Positions 1 through 7,003 of a stretch of DNA of 12,992 nucleotides are shown here, piece after piece. Under the pieces are notes generated by a model. The model ran no database searches, was not told where the DNA came from, and worked only from the letters and a program-made list of their open reading frames with translations. This DNA comes from Abditibacteriaceae bacterium (GTDB lineage Bacteria > Armatimonadota > Abditibacteriia > Abditibacteriales > Abditibacteriaceae), in contig JANPJS010000095.1 of NCBI GenBank assembly GCA_031425655.1, positions 1-12,992 on the forward strand. Reading direction: 5' to 3'. The position numbers were made by a program, and so were the translations under genes. Numbering within the stretch: the stretch's first letter is position 1; every line of letters begins with the position of its first letter.

Positions 1-39
1 GGTCAGGGGTAAAACTACGCGCGGCAAACGAAAGTGCAT
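1..39 (-). CDS. Partial CDS (first 13 codons, MHFRLPRVVLPLT...), probably the start of an exported protein; continues beyond the left edge
   Basis: Minus strand reads AGGAGA-attcgcga-ATG CAC TTT CGT TTG CCG CGC GTA GTT TTA CCC CTG ACC. Good Shine-Dalgarno (48-53) 8 nt before ATG at 39. Basic then hydrophobic residues resemble a signal peptide start. Confidence 0.6.
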   Translation of the reverse strand, partial: MHFRLPRVVLPLT

Positions 40-53
40 TCGCGAATTCTCCT

Positions 54-95
54 AAATAAAACAAAAAGAGACGCGAAGCAATCGCGCCTCTCTTT
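54..95 (-). terminator. Intrinsic-terminator-like hairpin immediately upstream of the RBS of the partial CDS
   Basis: Minus strand AAAGAGAGGCGCGA-ttgct-TCGCGTCTCTTTTT (14-bp stem including two G-U pairs) running into a U-rich tail (TTTTTGTTTTATTT). Confidence 0.55.
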
Positions 96-132
96 GAAGA
101 TTTCAAATCATGCGGCAGTTTAGCAAAGGCTT

Positions 133-172
133 AACAAAAACCCCGCCTGCACTTTCGCGCAGGCGGGGTTTT
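133..172 (-). terminator. Rho-independent terminator of the SLH protein gene (possibly bidirectional)
   Basis: Perfect 14-bp inverted repeat aaaaccccgcctgc (137-150) / gcaggcggggtttt (159-172) with an 8-nt loop and T-tracts on both strands, 17 nt after the stop codon at 190. Confidence 0.85.
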
Positions 173-189
173 CGAGACTAAGCAGCGAC

Positions 190-2148
190 TTAACGCTTTT
201 CAATCACGGCGACCGACGAGGGCTGATTGTCCGGCTCGATGATCATCGAGAACTGGCCATCGGGGTTCGGCACTACGGTTTGATTGTTGATCGTTACCGT
301 TGCGCCGGCTTCGATAGCGCCCGAAAGGGTGATTCTCGACACGCGATTGTTGTCAATCATGCGATGCACGAGCATAGCGGCTTCGTCGCGGCGCAGGCTT
401 TTCAGCGGCAGGAACATATTGCCCGGCACGCCGCGCGCCAGAGTTTTGCCGCTGGTGGTTTTAAGCTGCGTGGCGATATTGACGTAAGGCACCGCCCAGT
501 TTGGAATGTTCTGGTAATCGAGGTAGCCGGCGTCCTGATTCTTGAATTTCAACGCGGCGTCTTCCAAGCCCATGGCGCGCACGATGATCGCGGTCGCTTC
601 GACGCGGTTGATCGGCTGGAGCGGCAAAAAGCGATTCCCGCCCGCGCCGGGGCCGACGCCGCGCACCAAGCTTGTCTTTTCGGCGATGGCGAGATAGCCG
701 GCATACCAATCGGACGGCTTGACATCCACGAACGAAGGCTGGCCAACGGGCGCGAGAGGACGCTGCTCCATCACGTTGATGTAGCCGCGCAGAGTGGTGG
801 TCTGGTTGTTCGCTGTTTTGGCGGCACAAACGTAGGTGTAACGGCCCGGTGCCACATAGCCGGCGGGCGAAGTGCCGTCCCAGACCACTGTCCATTCGCC
901 GGGTTTGTAAGACGTGTCTTTGGCCAGCGATGTGACTTGACGGCCCAGACTGTTGAGAATGGTGACCGAAACTTTGGCTTGCTGCGCGAGCACGAATTTA
1001 ATGGCCGTCACATCGCGCAAATCGCGCAGATTGAGGCCGCGCAGCGTCATCACGGCGTATTCGGCGCGCTGGGTTTCGGCGTCTGGCATGAAAAGTCCCG
1101 GCCCGCGTCCGTCGGCCACGCCGAGCTTTTGCAGGCGATCAATGTTGGCTTGCGCTTCGGGGGTTTTCACATCGGTCAGCACCTGACCTTTTTTGCCGGC
1201 CAAAATGCGGTCGGGCAAAGCAAAGACGGTCAGCAGCGCGCTTTTGGTGAAGCCGTAAGTGATGGTGTTGCTGGAAACCACGACCTGCGAAGAGTCTTCG
1301 ATGGTCGCCACGGCGTAAAAAGACTGAGGACGATCAATCGGCGCCACGCGGAACGAAACCGAACGGGCTTCGGCGCCCGCCGCGATGGTTCCGGCGTTCC
1401 ACACCAAAGCACGCGCCGCCGGATCCCATTGCCCGCCGCCGCTGGCCGAATTAGTAATGTAAGAAATGGCATCGGACAGCACGAAGCGCACTTTGGTGTC
1501 TTTCGCTGCGCTGGAGCCGCGATTCTGAAAATAAATGGTGAAAAGCGCCTCGAAAGGATTGCCTTCGACCGGCGACACCCGCAGCGAAACTGCGAGATTC
1601 GAGCGCGAAGCCGACGCCGGCACGATAGCCGGGTTATTCGTGGCGTTGGGCGACAATGCCGCGACCGGATCGGTAGTGACTGGCTCGGTGGTGACCGGCT
1701 CGGTGGTGGCCGGAGTTACCGTGGCCGTCGCGTCGGGCGCCGGAGCCGGCAACGGCGCGGCGGGCAATGTTTCGACAGCGATTTCAGGAGTCACCGCGGC
1801 GGTATCAACCTGCACCGCGAACAGCGTGCGCCGATTGTTACCCTGATAAACCTCAATGACCGTATGGCCCGGATTGACGCCTTCGATAAGGCCTTTGCCG
1901 CCAACATAACGACCGCGCACGACTTCCTCGTTTTCGACGCGAATGCGCTTGATGTCGGGCAGCGGAATGGAAACGTGCTTGCCCGGCGCCATGCGCAAGG
2001 TGGGCGTGCCCACCGAAGCGGGCAATTCTGCGGCTTGCGCGGGGCGGCTCGCCGTCATTACCGGCGCGGTCGCCAGCAGCGACACACCGGCTGTCGCCAG
2101 CCATGCGGCGGGCTTCGCGGTTTTACGACTTTTACGGATGGAACTCAT
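190..2148 (-). CDS. Secreted multidomain S-layer homology (SLH) protein: signal peptide, pilus-formation N-terminal-like domain, Pro/Thr linker, DUF11-like Ig domain, three SLH repeats with an FlgD-type Ig domain, C-terminal Ig-like segment
   Basis: Signal peptide ending AQA (aa 39). SLH signatures LTDV...GVADG...FMPDAETQRAE, FVDVKPSDWY...FLPLQPINRVEA and YLDYQNIPNWA...FLPLKSLRRDEAA. FlgD-Ig-like VSVTILNSLGRQVTSL...VVWDGT...VAPGRYTY. DUF11-like FTIYFQNRG...LVWNAGTI. RBS GAGG upstream. Confidence 0.8.
   Translation of the reverse strand: MSSIRKSRKTAKPAAWLATAGVSLLATAPVMTASRPAQAAELPASVGTPTLRMAPGKHVSIPLPDIKRIRVENEEVVRGRYVGGKGLIEGVNPGHTVIEVYQGNNRRTLFAVQVDTAAVTPEIAVETLPAAPLPAPAPDATATVTPATTEPVTTEPVTTDPVAALSPNATNNPAIVPASASRSNLAVSLRVSPVEGNPFEALFTIYFQNRGSSAAKDTKVRFVLSDAISYITNSASGGGQWDPAARALVWNAGTIAAGAEARSVSFRVAPIDRPQSFYAVATIEDSSQVVVSSNTITYGFTKSALLTVFALPDRILAGKKGQVLTDVKTPEAQANIDRLQKLGVADGRGPGLFMPDAETQRAEYAVMTLRGLNLRDLRDVTAIKFVLAQQAKVSVTILNSLGRQVTSLAKDTSYKPGEWTVVWDGTSPAGYVAPGRYTYVCAAKTANNQTTTLRGYINVMEQRPLAPVGQPSFVDVKPSDWYAGYLAIAEKTSLVRGVGPGAGGNRFLPLQPINRVEATAIIVRAMGLEDAALKFKNQDAGYLDYQNIPNWAVPYVNIATQLKTTSGKTLARGVPGNMFLPLKSLRRDEAAMLVHRMIDNNRVSRITLSGAIEAGATVTINNQTVVPNPDGQFSMIIEPDNQPSSVAVIEKR
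1663..1707 (-). repeat. In-frame 15-bp tandem repeat encoding TTEPV-TTEPV-TTDPV in the Pro/Thr linker
   Basis: Three 5-aa units at aa 148-162 of the SLH protein. Confidence 0.8.
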
Positions 2149-2309
2149 AGTAATGACCTCACAGATGATACTCGCGGCTGCGTGCCGGGATAATTACAAG
2201 CTTAAAAATGCGTGGAGCCACAAAAAGAATGGGTGCCCCGCAACTTTTGCCAAGCATTATGCCAGAAACCCTTCGGGGCGTCTATGAAAATAACGCCCGT
2301 CGTGCGGCT

Positions 2310-2549
2310 CTATTCAATAACTGAATTGATGAACCAAGTCGCTACATATCGTTTGAAGAGCGACTTCGTCGCTCCCGCCCCCACCTCCTGCCCAGAGGGC
2401 GCCCGTCCCCCGGAGGGGGAGGAGCCGCGTTTTCTCAAGGATTTTTGCCCTGAAGAGCGCACTCTTCCCCCTCTGGGGGAAGTTGGATGGGGGTTATGAG
2501 CGACGTAGTCGCTCTTCAAACGAATAGGTAGCAACTTGGGTTTGAATAG
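2310..2549. repeat. Nested palindromic REP/REPIN- or MITE-like element
   Basis: Outer inverted repeat core cgtttgaagagcgacttcgtcgctc (2350-2374) vs gagcgacgtagtcgctcttcaaacg (2498-2522), 24/25 complementary, extending imperfectly outward to about 2332/2542. It encloses an inverted pair of C5-NNN-G5 hairpin units (2378-2422 and 2464-2495). Confidence 0.85.
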
Positions 2550-2562
2550 GTAGCTATTCGGG

Positions 2563-3312
2563 TTAATAACCAAAAGTATCGTGCAGAAAGCGCCGGCTTT
2601 CGGTCACGCTGTCCATCGCGTCGTTGCGTGACTTGTCTTGTTCCAGCACCACCCAGCGCACGCCCGGCATCGTCGGCAACACTTGCATGATTGGCGCGAA
2701 ATCCATGTGGCCGCGTCCCAGTTCGCACCAGCCCTCGTCGTCGAAATCCTTGAAATGCAGATAACCGATGCGCTCTTGATGCGTTTTCAAATACGCGGCG
2801 GGGTCTTCGCCGCCTTTTTGCACCCACGCCACGTCCACGCATAAATCGCAGGCTTGCGGGTCAAGACCTTCAATCAGCAAATCCATGCCAGTTTTGTCGC
2901 CGTCTACTTTCTCGAACTCGAAAGCGTGGTTGTGATAATGAAAATGAATGCCCGAAGCGCGCAGTTTGCGTCCGCCTTCATTAAGCAATTCGATGCCGCG
3001 CTTGTAATCGTCGGCGCTCAGATCGCCCCATTTGAGCAAACCGGAATTGCTGACATCAGCGGCGCCCATCGCATGAACGTAGTCGGCAACGCGATCCCAA
3101 TCGGGATTGCTGCCTAAAGAAACGTGCGAACCGGCCAAAACCAGCCCGCGCGCATCTAATATCGGCTTGTAGCGCGCCGCGTCCTGCGGGCCGCCCTCAA
3201 TGGCGTCGTAGCCAGCAGCGGCCAACGTATCGGCGATTTTTTCGATGTCGTCTTCGACGCTATATTGGCCGCCGAACACAATCAGTTGGCATCCGACTCT
3301 GGGTAAAGACAT
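2563..3312 (-). CDS. Sugar phosphate isomerase/epimerase (xylose isomerase-like TIM barrel, IolE/AP-endonuclease-2 family)
   Basis: Family motifs YHNHAFEF, LCVDVAWV, YLHFKD, ELGRG, VVLEQD; RBS AAGGA upstream of ATG. Confidence 0.88.
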   Translation of the reverse strand: MSLPRVGCQLIVFGGQYSVEDDIEKIADTLAAAGYDAIEGGPQDAARYKPILDARGLVLAGSHVSLGSNPDWDRVADYVHAMGAADVSNSGLLKWGDLSADDYKRGIELLNEGGRKLRASGIHFHYHNHAFEFEKVDGDKTGMDLLIEGLDPQACDLCVDVAWVQKGGEDPAAYLKTHQERIGYLHFKDFDDEGWCELGRGHMDFAPIMQVLPTMPGVRWVVLEQDKSRNDAMDSVTESRRFLHDTFGY

Positions 3313-3325
3313 GATATTCCTTTTT

Positions 3326-3400
3326 TAAGTTTTGAATTATAAGTTGTGAGTTTTGAGTTGCAGATTAACTCATAACTCAAAATTCACAACTCAAAACTTC
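3326..3400. repeat. Inverted heptamer tandem array (5 x TRAGTTN-like facing 5 x NAACTCA-like)
   Basis: taagttt tgaatta taagttg tgagttt tgagttg (3326-3360), spacer cagat, then taactca taactca aaattca caactca aaacttc (3366-3400). Confidence 0.85.
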
Positions 3401-3981
3401 CGTGAGCTTCCCGGTTTAGTGGCCGGGCCATATTTTTCCGTGAGCCACTGCGGCACGTCGTCCGCTGCGTAGCTTTCGATGTTGAGTTCGAGTAATGCCT
3501 CGACGACCGGCACGCCGTAATCTACTTGCCCGCCGCTGCGATCTACTAATAAGCCCACGCCCGCGACTTCGGCGCCGGCGGCGCGCACCGCGTCCACGAC
3601 TTTGAGAACCGAACCGCCCGTCGTCACGATGTCTTCGACGACTAAAACGCGCTCGCCCGGCTGAAACTGGAAGCCGCGCCGAAAAACGAAGCCTTCGCCG
3701 CCGTCGCCGCGCTCGGCGTAAACCGCGCGGCAACCGAGATGGCGCGCCGTTTCAAACGCCAAAATAATCCCGCCTGTGACCGGGCCGACCACGCATTCGA
3801 TGCGCCGCGGCTCGAAGCGCCGCGCCAATTCGCCGCACAGGCGCGAAGTCACGCGCGGCTGTTCGAGCAGGCGAAATTTCTCGATATATCGCGCCGAATG
3901 CCGCCCGCTGGCCAAAAGAAAATGGCCTTCCAAAAGCGCGCCGCTTTCGCGCAAAAGCTGTTCAACGTCTTCAGATTGCAT
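3391..3981 (-). CDS. pyrE: Orotate phosphoribosyltransferase
   Basis: N-terminal LEGHFLLASGRHS, GPVTGGII and the type I PRTase PRPP-binding loop VLVVEDIVTTGGS. Confidence 0.95.
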   Translation of the reverse strand: MQSEDVEQLLRESGALLEGHFLLASGRHSARYIEKFRLLEQPRVTSRLCGELARRFEPRRIECVVGPVTGGIILAFETARHLGCRAVYAERGDGGEGFVFRRGFQFQPGERVLVVEDIVTTGGSVLKVVDAVRAAGAEVAGVGLLVDRSGGQVDYGVPVVEALLELNIESYAADDVPQWLTEKYGPATKPGSSRKF

Positions 3982-4002
3982 AACTTGTCCCGTTCCCGCG
4001 CT

Positions 4003-4031
4003 ATTTTAGACGAGCTAAGGCACTCGGTCAA
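4003..4031 (-). promoter_or_regulatory. Sigma70-type promoter for pyrE (and probably the downstream isomerase gene)
   Basis: Minus strand TTGACC (4031-4026), 17-nt spacer, TAAAAT (4008-4003), 21 nt upstream of the pyrE ATG. Confidence 0.7.
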
Positions 4032-4107
4032 CCGCATTTTAGTTGTAGCAGCAGCTTGAATTTGCGAAAATCTACGGAGCCAACATTTTCATCGGGGTTT
4101 CCCTTTT

Positions 4108-4911
4108 ATGAGCGATATTCAGACGACAAACGGCGTGACGACTGCCGCGACCAACGGTGTGGCAGACGACGCTTACAGCGGACAGGAATACATCGTGCGC
4201 GTGCGCGGCGTCAAGCGCACCTACGAAATCGGCGGCCAGCCCGTTCATGCCTTGCAGGGCATTGACCTCGACATTCGGCGCGGCGAATACATTTCCATCA
4301 TGGGGCCGTCGGGTTCGGGAAAATCCACGCTTTTCAACATGATCGGCGGTCTGGATAAGCCAACAGAAGGCACCGTCTTCATTGACGAAGTGGACATCGC
4401 GCAACTCGACGCCTTTGAACTGGCGTGGCTGCGCTGTCGCAAATTGGGCTACATTTTCCAGACGTTTAACCTGATTCCCGTGATGACCGCTTACGAAAAT
4501 ATCACGCTGCCGATGATTTTCGCCGGTTACGACATGGATCACCAATTGTCGCGCGGCAAGGAACTGCTGGAAGCCGTCGGCATCGGCCATCGCCGCGATA
4601 ACAAGCCTTCGCAGCTTTCCGGCGGACAGCAACAGCGCGTGGCCATCGCGCGGGCGCTGGCCAATCATCCTTCCATTGTCTTGGCCGACGAGCCGACCGG
4701 CAACCTCGACCAGAAAACCGGCTTCGAGATTATCGAATTGCTCAAGCGCCTCAACAAAGAATCGGGCGTGACCATCATCACCGCCACTCACGACGACAAA
4801 ATGCTGCAAGCCTCGGATCGCATCGTCGTGGTGTTAGACGGAAAAGTCACCAAAGTCACGACACCGGGCGAAATGGATTTGGGAAAAGGCACTGTCGCCG
4901 GCTTTCATTAA
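4108..4911 (+). CDS. ABC transporter ATP-binding protein, LolD/MacB/FtsE-like subfamily
   Basis: Walker A GPSGSGKST, Q-loop YIFQTFNLIP, signature LSGGQQQRVAIARAL, Walker B VLADEPTGNLD, H-loop ATHD; no transmembrane part. Confidence 0.93.
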   Translation: MSDIQTTNGVTTAATNGVADDAYSGQEYIVRVRGVKRTYEIGGQPVHALQGIDLDIRRGEYISIMGPSGSGKSTLFNMIGGLDKPTEGTVFIDEVDIAQLDAFELAWLRCRKLGYIFQTFNLIPVMTAYENITLPMIFAGYDMDHQLSRGKELLEAVGIGHRRDNKPSQLSGGQQQRVAIARALANHPSIVLADEPTGNLDQKTGFEIIELLKRLNKESGVTIITATHDDKMLQASDRIVVVLDGKVTKVTTPGEMDLGKGTVAGFH

Positions 4912-4928
4912 GCTTTCAGCATTTAGCG

Positions 4929-4963
4929 AACGGCGTCCCGAAACGGGGCGCCGTTTTTGTTTT
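4929..4963 (+). terminator. Rho-independent terminator after the ABC ATPase gene
   Basis: aacggcgtcccg-aaa-cggggcgccgtt stem (one G-U pair) followed by tttgtttt. Confidence 0.8.
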
Positions 4964-4977
4964 GTGGCGGGGCGTTT

Positions 4978-4986
4978 TGGTAACAT
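4978..4986 (+). promoter_or_regulatory. Putative extended -10 promoter (TGg-TAACAT) for a leaderless or near-leaderless gmk-coaBC transcript
   Basis: TGgTAACAT ends 8 nt before ATG 4995; no SD in front of that ATG; lies directly after the upstream terminator. Confidence 0.4.
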
Positions 4987-4994
4987 TCAATTCA

Positions 4995-5639
4995 ATGACC
5001 TCGACGAGTTCGGCGCCGCGCGCCGCCGGCAAAAAGGCGCAGCAAAATTCCGCAAATGCTTCGGCAAGCGGCTTGCTTTTGGTGTTGTCCGGCCCATCGG
5101 GCGTCGGCAAAGACACTATTTGGCGAGCCGCCGCGCCGTGTCTGCCCACTTTCAAGCGCGCCGTGACTTGCACTACGCGCGTGCGGCGCGAAGGCGAAGA
5201 AGAAGGCGTGAATTACTACTTTGTTTCCGAAACTGAGTTCGACCGCCTTATCAACGAAGACCAACTGCTCGAATGGGCGCACGTTCACGGCTGCCGCTAC
5301 GGCGTGCCCGCCGGCCCCGTCGTGGAGGCGCTTAATCAAAACTCCGACATCGTCTGCGTGATTGACGTGCAGGGCGCGCAACGCATTCGCTCGCTGTTTC
5401 CCATATCTTTGCTCGTTTTCCTGACGCCGCCCGAAGACCGCGCTGCGCAAATTCTCGAAGAGCGCATCATGAGCCGCGACAGCGAAATTGATCGCAAGGA
5501 ATTGCAAGATCGCTTAGCTCGCGTGCAGTGGGAAATGGAACACATTCCGCTTTACGACCACACTATCGTCAACGACACCGTGCAAAACGCCGCCGACCAA
5601 CTCTGCGAAATCGTGCGGCAGGAAAAGCAAAAAAGGTAG
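4995..5639 (+). CDS. gmk: Guanylate kinase
   Basis: P-loop LSGPSGVGKDT, TTRVRREGEEEGVNYYFVS, LLEWAHVHGCRYG, IDVQGA, YDHTIVND. ATG at 4995 is preferred over the TTG at 4962, which overlaps the terminator tail. Confidence 0.95.
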   Translation: MTSTSSAPRAAGKKAQQNSANASASGLLLVLSGPSGVGKDTIWRAAAPCLPTFKRAVTCTTRVRREGEEEGVNYYFVSETEFDRLINEDQLLEWAHVHGCRYGVPAGPVVEALNQNSDIVCVIDVQGAQRIRSLFPISLLVFLTPPEDRAAQILEERIMSRDSEIDRKELQDRLARVQWEMEHIPLYDHTIVNDTVQNAADQLCEIVRQEKQKR

Positions 5640-5698
5640 TTAGGTTGTTAGGTGGTTTTAGGCTGACCAACCACCCAACCACCCAACCACCCAACCAC
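5634..5698. repeat. Inverted octamer tandem array filling the gmk-coaBC gap
   Basis: aggtagtt aggttgtt aggtggtt (5634-5657), 9-nt spacer, four perfect ccaaccac units (5667-5698). Confidence 0.88.
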
Positions 5699-5699
5699 C

Positions 5700-6911
5700 A
5701 TGACCGGCAAAACCATTCTTCTCGGCGTCAGCGGCTCGATTGCGGCTTACAAAGCCTGCGAATTGGCTTCGCGCCTGACGCAAGAGGGCGCCATTGTGCC
5801 GGTGGTGCTGACCGAAGGCGCGCAAAAGTTCGTCGCGCCGCTGACCTTTCAAGCTTTGACGCGCCAGCCGGTTTACACCTCGCTGTGGCCGCACGATGCG
5901 GCCAGCGAAGCCGGCGTCAGCGCTGCGATGGCGCACATCGGTTTGGCCGAGCGCGCCGATGCCATTCTTATCGCGCCGGCTTCGGCCAATTGCCTCGGCG
6001 AACTCGCTTCCGGCCTCGCTGCCGATTTATTAAGCACTTTGGTTTTAGCCGCGCGCTGCCCGGTTTTGCTGGCGCCGGCCATGAATCCCGCGATGTGGGA
6101 GCATCCCGCAACGCAGCGCAATCTCGCTACCCTGCGCGGCTTTGGCTACCAGATTATCGAACCCGAAAGCGGGCGCATGGCCTGCGAACACATCGGGCAA
6201 GGCCGTCTGCCGGAAACCGAAGTTCTGCTCGAAAGCCTGCGCGCCGCGCTGGAAAGCACGCCGCAAATTCTGACGGGCAAGCGCGTTCTCATCACCGCCG
6301 GGCCAACGCGGGAAATGCTCGATCCGGTGCGGTTTCTCTCTAATCGCAGCAGCGGGCAAATGGGCTACGCCTTAGCGCAAACCGCCCTCGCACGCGGCGC
6401 CGAAGTTGTTCTCATCAGCGGCCCGACGCGGCTTTTGCCGCCGCGCGGCGCGCAAATCGAAAACGTGACCACAACCGACGAAATGTTTCACGCGGTTTTG
6501 CGCCACGCGCCCGGTTGCGACATCATCGTGGCCGCGGCAGCGCCCTGCGATTTCCGCCCGGCGCAGCTTTCGCCGCAAAAAATCAAAAAACAGGGCGACG
6601 CCGCAATCGCCATGCAATTAGTGCCGACGCGCGACATTATCGGCGCTGTCGGCGCACAAAAGCACGCGCGTCAACTGATTATCGCCTTCGCCGCCGAAAC
6701 CGAAAACGTCTTAGCTGAAGCGCGCCGCAAAATGTCTACCAAAAACGCCGACGCCATCGTCGCCAACGACGTGACCGAATCCGGCGCCGGCTTCGATGTT
6801 TCCACCAACCGCGTGACGTGGATTACGCCGCAAACCGAAGAATCGTGGCCGCTGATGGGCAAGGAAGAAGTCTCCGCCAAAATCTGGGAAAAAATCGTAA
6901 CATTGGCCTAA
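5700..6911 (+). CDS. coaBC: Bifunctional phosphopantothenoylcysteine decarboxylase / phosphopantothenate-cysteine ligase
   Basis: GVSGSIAAYKA, HIGLA...APASAN, APAMNPAMW, GRMAC...GRL, ITAGPTRE-LDPVRFLSNRSSGQMG, AFAAETE, IVANDV. Confidence 0.96.
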   Translation: MTGKTILLGVSGSIAAYKACELASRLTQEGAIVPVVLTEGAQKFVAPLTFQALTRQPVYTSLWPHDAASEAGVSAAMAHIGLAERADAILIAPASANCLGELASGLAADLLSTLVLAARCPVLLAPAMNPAMWEHPATQRNLATLRGFGYQIIEPESGRMACEHIGQGRLPETEVLLESLRAALESTPQILTGKRVLITAGPTREMLDPVRFLSNRSSGQMGYALAQTALARGAEVVLISGPTRLLPPRGAQIENVTTTDEMFHAVLRHAPGCDIIVAAAAPCDFRPAQLSPQKIKKQGDAAIAMQLVPTRDIIGAVGAQKHARQLIIAFAAETENVLAEARRKMSTKNADAIVANDVTESGAGFDVSTNRVTWITPQTEESWPLMGKEEVSAKIWEKIVTLA

Positions 6912-6924
6912 GTTTCTTGCGGAG

Positions 6925-7000
6925 CGATGAAGCGAGGAACAAGCGCAGAAAACGGAGTTGAAGGCGGTCAGGTGCAATGCCTTGTTCGGCTGCTGTTATG
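6925..7000 (-). other. Degenerate attC-like half site downstream of the Cys-rich hypothetical gene
   Basis: Minus strand after the stop: cgtcataacagcaGCCGAACaaggcATTGCACCTGACcgcc... This resembles the R''-spacer-L'' arm of integron attC sites. A complementary L'/R' arm is not recognisable. Confidence 0.4.
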
Positions 7001-7003
7001 ACG

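Noticed and set aside
280..2193. 637-aa ORF on the + strand
   Set aside because: Antisense shadow of the SLH gene; Arg/Gly-rich with no motifs, as expected in GC-rich DNA.
2248..2265. Possible sigma54 promoter upstream of the SLH gene (TGGCATaatgcTTGG, minus strand)
   Set aside because: The invariant GC at -12 is not at the required spacing.
2212..2573. ORFs 2212-2499 (+) and 2310-2573 (-)
   Set aside because: They are translations of the palindromic element (e.g. LPPLGEVGWG); no RBS or protein-like features.
4072..4809. 245-aa minus-strand ORF
   Set aside because: Typical antisense frame of an ABC ATPase gene.
5528..6343. 271-aa + strand ORF bridging gmk and coaBC (possible frameshift fusion)
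   Set aside because: Both real genes are complete in their own frames, and this frame has no recognisable motifs.
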